Source: Comamonadaceae bacterium
Lineage (GTDB): Bacteria; Pseudomonadota; Gammaproteobacteria; Burkholderiales; Burkholderiaceae_C
Reading direction: 5' to 3'
DNA: 64,000 nucleotides
Assembly: GCA_947371915.1 (NCBI GenBank)
Contig: CANBRM010000002.1
Location: 24,132-88,131 of the forward strand
Shown: one piece after another, positions 39,163 to 49,112 of the stretch
Layout: each line of letters opens with the position of its first letter
How positions within the stretch are numbered: position 1 is the first letter of the stretch
Notes under the pieces: model-generated
The model's input: the letters and a program-made list of their open reading frames with translations, nothing else
Told to the model about the DNA's origin: nothing
Database searches by the model: none
Made by a program: the position numbers and the translations under genes

Positions 39163-40833
39163 TCAACCCAAAAGAATCCGCAGTGACATGGCGCTGGTCA
39201 GGGACACGATGGCCACGGTGGAACTGATCCAAATGACATTCCAATCACGCGTCTCATTTTGCAAATCCAAAATACGCTCAGCGGCTTTTTCAATTTGAAG
39301 GTGCGATGTGGCCACGGCCCGAGGGTGCTGGGGCGTGCTGATCTGAGCAATTTCGTCTGAAGCTTGCGGCGGATGGGTCAGCTTGGCTTGGCTGGCCTCT
39401 CGCAGAACCGTTTTATTTTTCTGCTCGAACTGGTCAATCTTGCGCTGCAAGTTGTCGATGATGATGTCCAAATCCTTCAGACGATCCTCGATCGGAACCA
39501 GCGCACGTTGGTCGTCAAAACGATCGACACCAACAGGCTGAAGGTTGTCGCCCAGTGCCTCACTCGGGTCTAAGCGTTGTTGGTTTGCACTCTGCGTCTC
39601 TGACGACAAGGCTTGCCGGTTGATCACGGCCGTCTCTGTCGACATGGTTTGCCGATTCAGGGTTGCACCTTTGTCATCTAGGGTTTGGCGGTTCAATGCC
39701 AACTGGTCCTGTCCAACTTTTTGAATGTTCGCGTCAGACCCAGCGCTGGGATGGATGAACGCCAAATTCGCATCCGCACCAAGGTCACTGCGAAGCTCTT
39801 GCACGTTGTCAGACATGCTGCGCATAAGCACAGGCCCCGCATCGCGCCCTGACAACGAAGGTGCCAGCGCGGTTGTATTCAGAGCGCTCGACTCAGCCCC
39901 CACAAGCGCCTTGGTTTTGTCGCCCACACGTACAGACCGTGTTTCAAAAACTCTCGGTTTTTTAACGCCCTTGCCAAGCGTGGCGCTCGCGACGCTATCC
40001 GCGAGTTCACCGACGGGTTTTGCGTTCTTAATTTCAATGGTGTGGAAATACGGACGAAATGACCGTTCGTTATACCCAAACGCCGTCAACATGGCATTGA
40101 ACATCTGACGCTCAAGATCTTCGACTTGGCCATCCAACAGCACAGAGTCACACGCTTGAATCAAGATGTAGATCTTCTGAGGCTCAGTAAGTCGTGCGGC
40201 GGCTTGAGGGAGAAATTGATTGAATTTGACGCGACGGATGTACGCCAAAGCAAAGCTCTGCAAGCCCTCAAACCCACCGATCAGGGCTTGAAGGTGGCCC
40301 ATGTTTTCTGCGGCAATCGAGCCACTGGCGGCCATGGTGTACAAGAGCGACGTCGCCAAGGCCACATGAGCCGTGAGACTGTCTGCGGTCGCTGCCTTGC
40401 TGTCATAGGCACCCATCACCGTGCTGTCATTTTTTAAAACAAGCGTTTTGTAATACGGTGCAAATGCTTCGGCGCTCAGCCCAAACGCAGCCAACATGCG
40501 CTGAAACAACGCCAATGCGGCGGGTTCAGACTTTTTAACAGTCATCAACACATCACACGCGTTGACCAAAACACATAGCTTTTCTTGTGTGGTCAAGATA
40601 CTCGGTGCATCTTGTAAAAACTGCTCAAAGGCGATGTGGTTGATATAGGTGGCCGCATCTTCATATACGGCTTCATCGCCGCCCAACATCGCGAGAAGTT
40701 GCAGTTTTGGTGCCTCGTGGATGCCACCATCGGAAGACGCCACATAGAGCAATGCGACGGCCAACACCAAATGCGGCGTTAATTCATCGGGCAGTTGGAT
40801 GGTGGACGTTGACTGTGCAAGGGGTGACATCAC
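39163..40833 (-). CDS. Tandem TerB-like domain protein with NxQ repeats, coiled coil and C-terminal membrane anchor
   Basis: Two internally similar helical domains of about 120 aa (LTPHLVLAVALLY..SDG / LTAHVALATSLLY..ASG). TerB assignment is by eye. Confidence 0.7.
   Translation of the reverse strand: MMSPLAQSTSTIQLPDELTPHLVLAVALLYVASSDGGIHEAPKLQLLAMLGGDEAVYEDAATYINHIAFEQFLQDAPSILTTQEKLCVLVNACDVLMTVKKSEPAALALFQRMLAAFGLSAEAFAPYYKTLVLKNDSTVMGAYDSKAATADSLTAHVALATSLLYTMAASGSIAAENMGHLQALIGGFEGLQSFALAYIRRVKFNQFLPQAAARLTEPQKIYILIQACDSVLLDGQVEDLERQMFNAMLTAFGYNERSFRPYFHTIEIKNAKPVGELADSVASATLGKGVKKPRVFETRSVRVGDKTKALVGAESSALNTTALAPSLSGRDAGPVLMRSMSDNVQELRSDLGADANLAFIHPSAGSDANIQKVGQDQLALNRQTLDDKGATLNRQTMSTETAVINRQALSSETQSANQQRLDPSEALGDNLQPVGVDRFDDQRALVPIEDRLKDLDIIIDNLQRKIDQFEQKNKTVLREASQAKLTHPPQASDEIAQISTPQHPRAVATSHLQIEKAAERILDLQNETRDWNVIWISSTVAIVSLTSAMSLRILLG
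39510..39773 (-). repeat. About 7 imperfect 12-13 aa protein repeats (xNxQx[LVM])
   Basis: ANIQKVGQDQLA/LNRQTLDDKGAT/LNRQTMSTETAV/INRQALSSETQS/ANQQRLDPSEALG/DNLQPVGVDRFD. Confidence 0.65.
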
Positions 40834-41061
40834 ACATCCCTCTCGCGCAAAGGGTCAGGGTGGTTCAGTCTAGAGATTTCGTATTTCATGGTCGGTTTTG
40901 TATTGACCGACGGAGGTTACGAATTAGCCCCCTTGATTCACGCTTAAATACCCGTGAAAACTCACAATATCTCTCGCTATTCAAGCGATTTATTAAATAT
41001 TTTTAAAATCCCTCAATGATAATATATTCAAAGATATGGATCTACTTCAATTTTAATAACT

Positions 41062-41802
41062 TCAGAAAACAAACTTAATTTGTAAACAGAGTTGATAACC
41101 AACGCCCCAAACTGATTTGATCGCAGCTTCGGCATCCTCTGGCTGAACCGATTTGAGTTTTTTACGCAAGCGAGCGACCAACTCTTCCAAGGCGTGCTTG
41201 CTCATCCCTACGGCATCATCCTCGTCATCGCTGAATAAATCACACATGGAGCCCGAATCCAAGGTGTTTTCTTTCGCTTGCACCAAAGCAACCAGTAACG
41301 TCTTCTCACGACTTGTCAGTCTCAATTTTTGCTCCAAATGCGGACTGACAAGCGTTCTATCCCGCAAACTCAAGGACCATACCTCACCAGTTTTACCTTG
41401 CTTCAAACGTCTTCCCAAGCTCAACAATATCAATACCAACTCATCTGGGGCCACAGGCTTAACCAGATAAATATCGGCACCGCCTTGTTTATAGCCCGCA
41501 ATACGATCAATCAATGCCATCCGCGCAGTCATGATGACGATACCGACATTAGGCAATGAATGTCGCAACCGACGGCATAGGCTTAGGCCATCTTCGCCGG
41601 GTAAATTTAAATCAATGATGAACAGGTCAAAAGGTATGCGTGCAGTCAAGTCATCCAAGGCCGAGGCACTGTTGACCGCATGCACCTCAAAATCGTGCGC
41701 TTTCAAATGAACTTCAATTTCATCGCGCAGCAAGGGATCATCCTCAACCAGCGCAACCACTAACGGCGAATTCGACTCATGGATTGACATATTCAGCATC
41801 AC
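41062..41802 (-). CDS. OmpR-family response regulator
   Basis: LVEDD, IIDLNLPGEDG, ADIYLVKP, C-terminal winged helix IKSVWGVGYQL. Confidence 0.92.
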   Translation of the reverse strand: MMLNMSIHESNSPLVVALVEDDPLLRDEIEVHLKAHDFEVHAVNSASALDDLTARIPFDLFIIDLNLPGEDGLSLCRRLRHSLPNVGIVIMTARMALIDRIAGYKQGGADIYLVKPVAPDELVLILLSLGRRLKQGKTGEVWSLSLRDRTLVSPHLEQKLRLTSREKTLLVALVQAKENTLDSGSMCDLFSDDEDDAVGMSKHALEELVARLRKKLKSVQPEDAEAAIKSVWGVGYQLCLQIKFVF

Positions 41803-41804
41803 CT

Positions 41805-43730
41805 TTAATTTGGAATTCTGACTTCGAAAATGACCCAGCCATTTTGATGCTTATAGCGAACGATGGCGCCCATTTTTTCAGCCGCAGAGTGGACAAGACT
41901 CAGTCCTATGCCCATGCCCGAATGATTTTGAAAATTAGGGTGCCGGTAATATCGTTCGAATAACCGTGCTTCGTCAGGCTCGCTGTCAGCCGCAACGCGG
42001 TTACTGATCTCAAACCGTGTGAAAGAAGGCGTTGAACTCGCATGAGATAACGTCCCCCTGAGATCAAATTTAGTTTGGGGTGGGTGGTCAATCGAGATGG
42101 CTATTCTTTGATCCGCCGAATATTTATAGGCATTGCTCAAAAGATTATCAAGAATGAGGACCAACATCTGACGATCCGCCACAAAAAAAGCCCCATCTTC
42201 AATGTTCAAATCAAACCGTTCTGGATGAGAAAACTCGTTGATTAACTCATCCATCAACTCAGCGGCCGATATTTTTACAGTCGACACATCGAGCACCGTA
42301 CGCTCCACTTTATTGGAGAGCGCAACATGCTCAATCATCGTATTCATGCGGATCACACTGCTGTCAATACGCTGAACGCGACCCATAGCTTCATCGTCTG
42401 AGTTGAACTTGCTTTTTAACGTGGCGAGCGCGAACCTGATGGTGCTCAAAGGCGTCTTTAACTCGTGCGTCAGCATGTCAATCAGGGCATTGCGCTCGTT
42501 CACCAAATCTTGGTTGGCCTGCGCTTGCGCTGCTTCCAGTTGAAGCTTTTGAAGCTCTTTCAGCTTGTCAATTTTTTGCTGCGATTGCTCCGTGATCACC
42601 GCCCAAAAAGCCAAGGCGGCAATGAGCAGTCCATTGAGGCGAACATCCGATATATGCTGAAGCAAGCCATCTTCGGTCAAGGGGTTGATCCACCCCATGG
42701 CAACCATGCCACCAAAGGAAGTCAAGGAAATGTATATCCCATAAACCGCTAATAAAACAACACGAATTCTTCGTGGCATTTTTTGCACAGACAGAACACC
42801 AGATATTTGCGCCAGTGGATTGACCAGGAAAAGGACGAATGCTAATTCCAATCCCCAATTTACTTGACCCGTCAATATCAAGCACAAACTCAATACTGAA
42901 AAAAACATAAAGCCGAGCATGTATTTTTTATAATTTCTACTCGTTTTGTAACTGTATAAAAAACCCCAGCCAACGAGTCCCATCATGCACACCCTAAGAA
43001 CAAAAAGAACATGCATTAACAGATTCAAAGCTTCTGGGCTCCAGCTGCTTTCTTGACCAGCTTGCCCGCCTGTGCTGAAATATATATAAAGCGTGATAAT
43101 TGCTTGACAGCACAAATAGGTATACGTCAGCATCGTCCTAGCCAGAAGAACAAAGATGAATGCGATGACTAATAAAAGATTCGCAATGGTCAAAGAGGCC
43201 GTGACTTTTTTAATGCGTGACAGCATCGAGTCCATCAGATCACCCGCCAACTTGACCTCAGTTTGAATTTGGGCCAAGCCTTCCGTATGAACTCTCAGGT
43301 AAATATATTCACCAGAATGCGGCAATCCTTGCAAACTAAAGCAATGCGTATCATCTGCACACTGCGGGTCTATCTGTTTATATAAATCACCCAAGGTTTT
43401 ACGAGACCACACGCCCTCTAAGTGTTGATAAAAATCGATGTGGTCTAAATAATATGGACTCACCCTCAAAATCAACGGATTAGTGTTGCTGGCCGTTTTA
43501 GCTAAGCCTTCGGGTGCATTTATTTTCAGACGAACCCAAATAGGACCCGATTGATAGCCTAGACGCAAAGTTCCTGAATAAGCTTGAAACTGGAGGTCCG
43601 TAACACCGTCAATCGTCTGCTTATTTTGAGTATCTTGATAAAATGAACGTTCAATTTGATACACCTGCTCTATAGCAAATACCGGCAGCTGAAAAATAAA
43701 AATGGCTATATAGAAAATGATGCGCAGCAT
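41805..43730 (-). CDS. Sensor histidine kinase with 7TMR-DISM-like extracellular and 7TM domains
   Basis: LGYQSGPIWVRL..LRVSPYYLDHIDFY..IYLRV periplasmic pattern; 7 TM; LTHELKTPLS, DNLLSNAYKY, GMGIGL; visibly AT-rich. Confidence 0.85.
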   Translation of the reverse strand: MLRIIFYIAIFIFQLPVFAIEQVYQIERSFYQDTQNKQTIDGVTDLQFQAYSGTLRLGYQSGPIWVRLKINAPEGLAKTASNTNPLILRVSPYYLDHIDFYQHLEGVWSRKTLGDLYKQIDPQCADDTHCFSLQGLPHSGEYIYLRVHTEGLAQIQTEVKLAGDLMDSMLSRIKKVTASLTIANLLLVIAFIFVLLARTMLTYTYLCCQAIITLYIYFSTGGQAGQESSWSPEALNLLMHVLFVLRVCMMGLVGWGFLYSYKTSRNYKKYMLGFMFFSVLSLCLILTGQVNWGLELAFVLFLVNPLAQISGVLSVQKMPRRIRVVLLAVYGIYISLTSFGGMVAMGWINPLTEDGLLQHISDVRLNGLLIAALAFWAVITEQSQQKIDKLKELQKLQLEAAQAQANQDLVNERNALIDMLTHELKTPLSTIRFALATLKSKFNSDDEAMGRVQRIDSSVIRMNTMIEHVALSNKVERTVLDVSTVKISAAELMDELINEFSHPERFDLNIEDGAFFVADRQMLVLILDNLLSNAYKYSADQRIAISIDHPPQTKFDLRGTLSHASSTPSFTRFEISNRVAADSEPDEARLFERYYRHPNFQNHSGMGIGLSLVHSAAEKMGAIVRYKHQNGWVIFEVRIPN

Positions 43731-43905
43731 AGATGGCTGCAGATCATAGAAGGCTTCATTAGAAATTAACTAATTCTGAAATAATTTCATTATTTCTCAA
43801 GCAATATAGAGAGTTTTTGTGAGCTATTGAGAGTAATGCCATTTACAAATACCCACGTAGCCGGTTTTGAAATGAGACTTTAAATATTATTTAAGATACT
43901 CCAAA

Positions 43906-44036
<131 letters not shown>

Positions 44037-44070
44037 TGATGCGGTTCGTTTTGTCGAAGCAAGTATTCTA

Positions 44071-45393
<1,323 letters not shown>

Positions 45394-46329
45394 TTACTTC
45401 AATCCTTTGGGGAGCGGGAATTTGATGGTTTCTTCAACACCATCCAAGGTTCGTACAGACACGGCGCCCAAGGCGCGCATGCGGGTGATCACTTGTTGCA
45501 CCAAGATGTTGGGAGCCGAGGCGCCGGCGGTCAGCCCCACGCTGGTGACACCTTCAAACCACGCTTCTTGGAGTTCTTCGGCGTTGTCGACCATGTAGCT
45601 TTCTGCGCCGTAGCGCTGGGCCACATCTCGCAAGCGGTTGCTGTTGGAGCTGGTGGGGCTGCCCACCACAATGACCAAATCCACCTCGGCACTCAGCACC
45701 TTCACCGCGTCTTGGCGGTTTTGGGTGGCGTAGCAGATGTCTTGCATCTTGGGCTTACGGATGCTGGGGAAACGGGCGATCACCGCGTCGGTAATATGGG
45801 CAGCGTCGTCCACGCTCAAGGTGGTTTGGGTCACCACTGCCAAGCGCTCGGTTTGCTTAGGCGTCACAAGCGCCACATCGGCCACGTCTTCCACCAAGTA
45901 AATGCCATCGAGCAGCTGGCCCATGGTGCCTTCTACTTCGGGGTGGCCCTTGTGGCCGATCATGATGAACTCAAAGCCCTCTTTGTGCAGCTTGGCCACT
46001 TCAACGTGCACCTTGGTCACCAACGGACAGGTGGCATCAAACACAGTGAAGCCACGCCGCGCTGCTTCGGCCTCGACCGACTTGGGCACACCATGCGCAC
46101 TGAACACCAACGTCGCACCTGGGGGCACATCGGCCAAGTCTTCAATGAAGATGGCTCCGCGCTGCTTGAGGTTGTCCACCACGTAGGTGTTGTGCACGAT
46201 CTCGTGGCGCACATACACAGGCGCGCCAAACTTGGCCAGTGCACGCTCTACGATCTCGATGGCGCGGTCCACACCCGCGCAAAAACCGCGGGGCTCGGCG
46301 AGGACGATTTCTTGAAAAGTGGTGTTCAT
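45394..46329 (-). CDS. ispH: 4-hydroxy-3-methylbut-2-enyl diphosphate reductase
   Basis: [41 protein letters not shown]. Confidence 0.98.
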   Translation of the reverse strand: MNTTFQEIVLAEPRGFCAGVDRAIEIVERALAKFGAPVYVRHEIVHNTYVVDNLKQRGAIFIEDLADVPPGATLVFSAHGVPKSVEAEAARRGFTVFDATCPLVTKVHVEVAKLHKEGFEFIMIGHKGHPEVEGTMGQLLDGIYLVEDVADVALVTPKQTERLAVVTQTTLSVDDAAHITDAVIARFPSIRKPKMQDICYATQNRQDAVKVLSAEVDLVIVVGSPTSSNSNRLRDVAQRYGAESYMVDNAEELQEAWFEGVTSVGLTAGASAPNILVQQVITRMRALGAVSVRTLDGVEETIKFPLPKGLK

Positions 46330-46784
46330 AAAATGCCGATGACGTGCACTTCAAACGTCACGGGCTGATTGGCCAGCGGGTGGTTGAAGTCAAACAGCAC
46401 CGAATCGTCGGTCACTTGCTGCACCGCACCGGCAAAAGAGCCTTGGCCGTTGGGCGCAGGGAACTGCACCACATCGCCCACGGCGTATTGCTCGTCGGGG
46501 TCACCAAACTCTTTGAGCAAACTCTTGCTGACCCACTGCTGCATATCAGGGTTGCGCTCGCCAAAAGCTGCGCCAGCGGGCAGCTCAAACGTGGTGCGCG
46601 TGCCTTCAGCCAAGCCCAACAACTGCTGCTCCAAAGCAGGCGACAGCTCGCCCGAGCCCAGCGACAAAGTGGCCGGTTTGTCGTTGAAGGTGTTAATGAC
46701 ATCGCCTTGCGGTCCCGAAAGCCGGTAGTGCAGCGTTAAAAATGAAGCGGGGCCGATGGTAGGGTGGTCGTTGGATGCAGACAT
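46326..46784 (-). CDS. fkpB: FKBP-type peptidyl-prolyl isomerase (SlpA/FkpB)
   Basis: [22 protein letters not shown]; upstream of ispH. Start placed at ATG 46784. Confidence 0.9.
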   Translation of the reverse strand: MSASNDHPTIGPASFLTLHYRLSGPQGDVINTFNDKPATLSLGSGELSPALEQQLLGLAEGTRTTFELPAGAAFGERNPDMQQWVSKSLLKEFGDPDEQYAVGDVVQFPAPNGQGSFAGAVQQVTDDSVLFDFNHPLANQPVTFEVHVIGIL

Positions 46785-46883
46785 GGGACTCTCTTTGAAC
46801 TGGGGCCTATTGTAGAAAGCTCCAGCCACGCAGTTCATTTCTACGGAGATGAACGCCCACAGCCCTGTCGAGAGAGCCACGCC

Positions 46884-47573
46884 ATGACCGAACCGATGTC
46901 GATCCAGCAACTCCCCCTTGAAATGCGCCCCCGCGAAAAGCTGCTCAAGCACGGAGCCTCCGCGCTGACCGACACCGAGCTGCTGGCCCTGTTTCTGCGC
47001 ACCGGCATCAAGGGCAAAAGCGTGTTCGTCATGTCTCAAGAATTGCTGGACCGATTCAAAGGCTTTGCTGGCCTTATCCACGCCAGCGCGGCCGAGCTCA
47101 AAACCTTCAAGGGCATGGGCGGCGACGCCAAACGCTCGCAATTGGTGGCGGTGCTCGAAATGGCGCGGCGCGCGCTCACCCAGCAACTCACCGAAACCAC
47201 GGTGATGAACTCACCCAACGCCGTCAAACAATACCTGCAGCTTGAACTCGCGCAACTCAAGCACGAGGTCTTTGCTGTGTTGTTCTTGGACGCCCACAAC
47301 CGCCTGCTGTCTTACCAGCCCATGTTTCGCGGCTCGCTGTCGCAAACCATGGTCTACCCAAGAGAAGTTGCCAAAACGGCGCTCGCGCTCGGGGCCGACG
47401 GGGTGGTGTTGGCCCATAACCACCCAGGTGGCACCGTCAAGCCCTCGCAGGCGGACATGAAGCTCACCCGCACCTTGCAAGAAGCCTTGGCCTTGATCGA
47501 TGTGTCCGTGCGTGACCACATCATCGTGGCGCAAGGCAAATACTTGTCGATGGCGGAAGAAGGTCTGCTGTGA
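46884..47573 (+). CDS. radC: RadC-family JAB-domain protein
   Basis: RPREKL..G..ALTD.ELLA, HEVF, VYPREV, AHNHP.G..PS.AD, DHII. Confidence 0.93.
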   Translation: MTEPMSIQQLPLEMRPREKLLKHGASALTDTELLALFLRTGIKGKSVFVMSQELLDRFKGFAGLIHASAAELKTFKGMGGDAKRSQLVAVLEMARRALTQQLTETTVMNSPNAVKQYLQLELAQLKHEVFAVLFLDAHNRLLSYQPMFRGSLSQTMVYPREVAKTALALGADGVVLAHNHPGGTVKPSQADMKLTRTLQEALALIDVSVRDHIIVAQGKYLSMAEEGLL

Positions 47574-47575
47574 CT

Positions 47576-47839
47576 TTATGGTCGAGGCTTGGCAGCCAAC
47601 ACCACGGGCCCGCGCAACGCCACACTCAGCCGGTCAATCACCTCGGCCCAGTCTGAATCCTGCAGCAACTCTTCCTTCAGCAGCGCCGCCTGGGCCTCAC
47701 TCCAAAAGTGAGCGTCTTCCAGCCGAGTGGCAGCATGCAAGGGCGAATGGGTTTGAATAAAGAGGCGAATTCGCACGCTGTCGCTGGGCAAACCCAATTG
47801 CGCAAACAGCGCTGTGAATCCGTGAAAAGCCTTGTCCAT
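47576..47839 (-). CDS. DUF2789-family protein
   Basis: LFAQLGLPSD..I..FI..H...L.DA.FW...QA..L.E....D.DWAEVID.L; AGGAGG RBS. Confidence 0.8.
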   Translation of the reverse strand: MDKAFHGFTALFAQLGLPSDSVRIRLFIQTHSPLHAATRLEDAHFWSEAQAALLKEELLQDSDWAEVIDRLSVALRGPVVLAAKPRP

Positions 47840-47986
47840 GCGACCTCCTTGGCGTGCGTCGAAACCAGAATCTGGCACTGAAAAATATACTTAAGCACGA
47901 GTGGTGGTGTCTGTGCGTTGGCATACAAAATCAGTTCGCACCTTCAAGGTTCTCTTTTATTTTTCAGCCCCTCACGAGACGTCGCG

Positions 47987-48628
47987 ATGAAAGCCAACTC
48001 ACTGCAAGACCTTGCCGCCATTCGCCAACAGGTCAACGATGCAGCCATCGCTGCCGCAGCGGCCGAAAAAGCCCGCATCGAAGCCGCACAAAAAGCCGAA
48101 GCCGAGCGCCATTTGTTTGTGCGCGCCGTAGGCGCCGTCAAACCCATTCCGGCCAAAGCGCGCGTGCTCAATCTGGGCAAACGCCCTGAACCACGCCCCT
48201 TGCAACAAGACTTGGACGACCAAGCCGCCTTGCTAGAAAGCATGAGCGACGAGTTCGACGTGAGCACCTTGCTCGACGTGGACGACCAACTGAGCTTCAG
48301 ACGCCCCGGCATCGGCACCGACATCACCCGCAAACTGCGCAAAGGTGAATGGAGCCTGCAAGGCCAACTCGATCTGCACGGCCTGCGCAGCGATGAAGCC
48401 CGCGAAGCGCTGGGCCAGTTTGTGCGCGACGCCAAACGCATGGGCTGGCGATGCGTGCGCGTGGTGCACGGCAAAGGCCTGGGCTCACCGGGCAAAGAGC
48501 CGGTGCTCAAAAGCAAAGTTCAGCGCTGGTTGGTACAGAAGAACGAAGTGCTGGCCTTTGTGCAGGCCAAACCTTCGGATGGTGGTGCGGGCGCGTTGGT
48601 GGTGTTGCTGGGGCCGAGCAACCTCTAA
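47987..48628 (+). CDS. Smr/MutS2-domain endonuclease
   Basis: LDLHGL, RVVHGKG.GS..KEPVLK, GGAGALVVLL. Confidence 0.92.
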   Translation: MKANSLQDLAAIRQQVNDAAIAAAAAEKARIEAAQKAEAERHLFVRAVGAVKPIPAKARVLNLGKRPEPRPLQQDLDDQAALLESMSDEFDVSTLLDVDDQLSFRRPGIGTDITRKLRKGEWSLQGQLDLHGLRSDEAREALGQFVRDAKRMGWRCVRVVHGKGLGSPGKEPVLKSKVQRWLVQKNEVLAFVQAKPSDGGAGALVVLLGPSNL

Positions 48629-48661
48629 AGTTGTTGCAAACACACCCAAGGCTTTGGACGT

Positions 48662-49069
48662 TTAAGCAACGCCCTTGTTGCGCATCCAGTCCGCTGTCTG
48701 GAAGAAACTGGTTTTCAAGCGGGGGCGCAAATCTTCAGGTACCCCCGTCTCGCCCATGGCTTGGTCCATACACGCCACCCATTGGTCGCGTTCTTTGATG
48801 CCAATCGAAAACGGCATGTGGCGCATGCGCAAGCGCGGATGGCCGTGTTTTTCGATGTAATAGTCGGGCCCACCCAACCAACCGCACAAGAACATGAACA
48901 AGCGCTCGCGGGCGTTGGCCAACTCTGGGCCATGGGCCGCGCGCAGTTCGGTGTAGCCGGGCTCTAAATCCATCAAGTCGTAAAAGCGGTCGACCAACAG
49001 TTTCACGCGGGACTCGCCACCGATCCATTCGAACGGGGTTTCAGAGGGCTGTTTTTCTTCAATTTGCAT
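48662..49069 (-). CDS. Group II truncated hemoglobin
   Basis: IGGE..V..LVDRFYD, LCGWLGGP..Y...GHPRLRMRH.PF.I...ERDQW. Confidence 0.93.
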   Translation of the reverse strand: MQIEEKQPSETPFEWIGGESRVKLLVDRFYDLMDLEPGYTELRAAHGPELANARERLFMFLCGWLGGPDYYIEKHGHPRLRMRHMPFSIGIKERDQWVACMDQAMGETGVPEDLRPRLKTSFFQTADWMRNKGVA

Positions 49070-49112
49070 CTCGTCATTCTCAATCAAAGGTAGGGTGCCG
49101 CGTTGCGACACC

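Noticed and set aside
46884-47573. radC as a mobile-element marker
   Set aside because: Full-length chromosomal form in the usual fkpB-ispH context.
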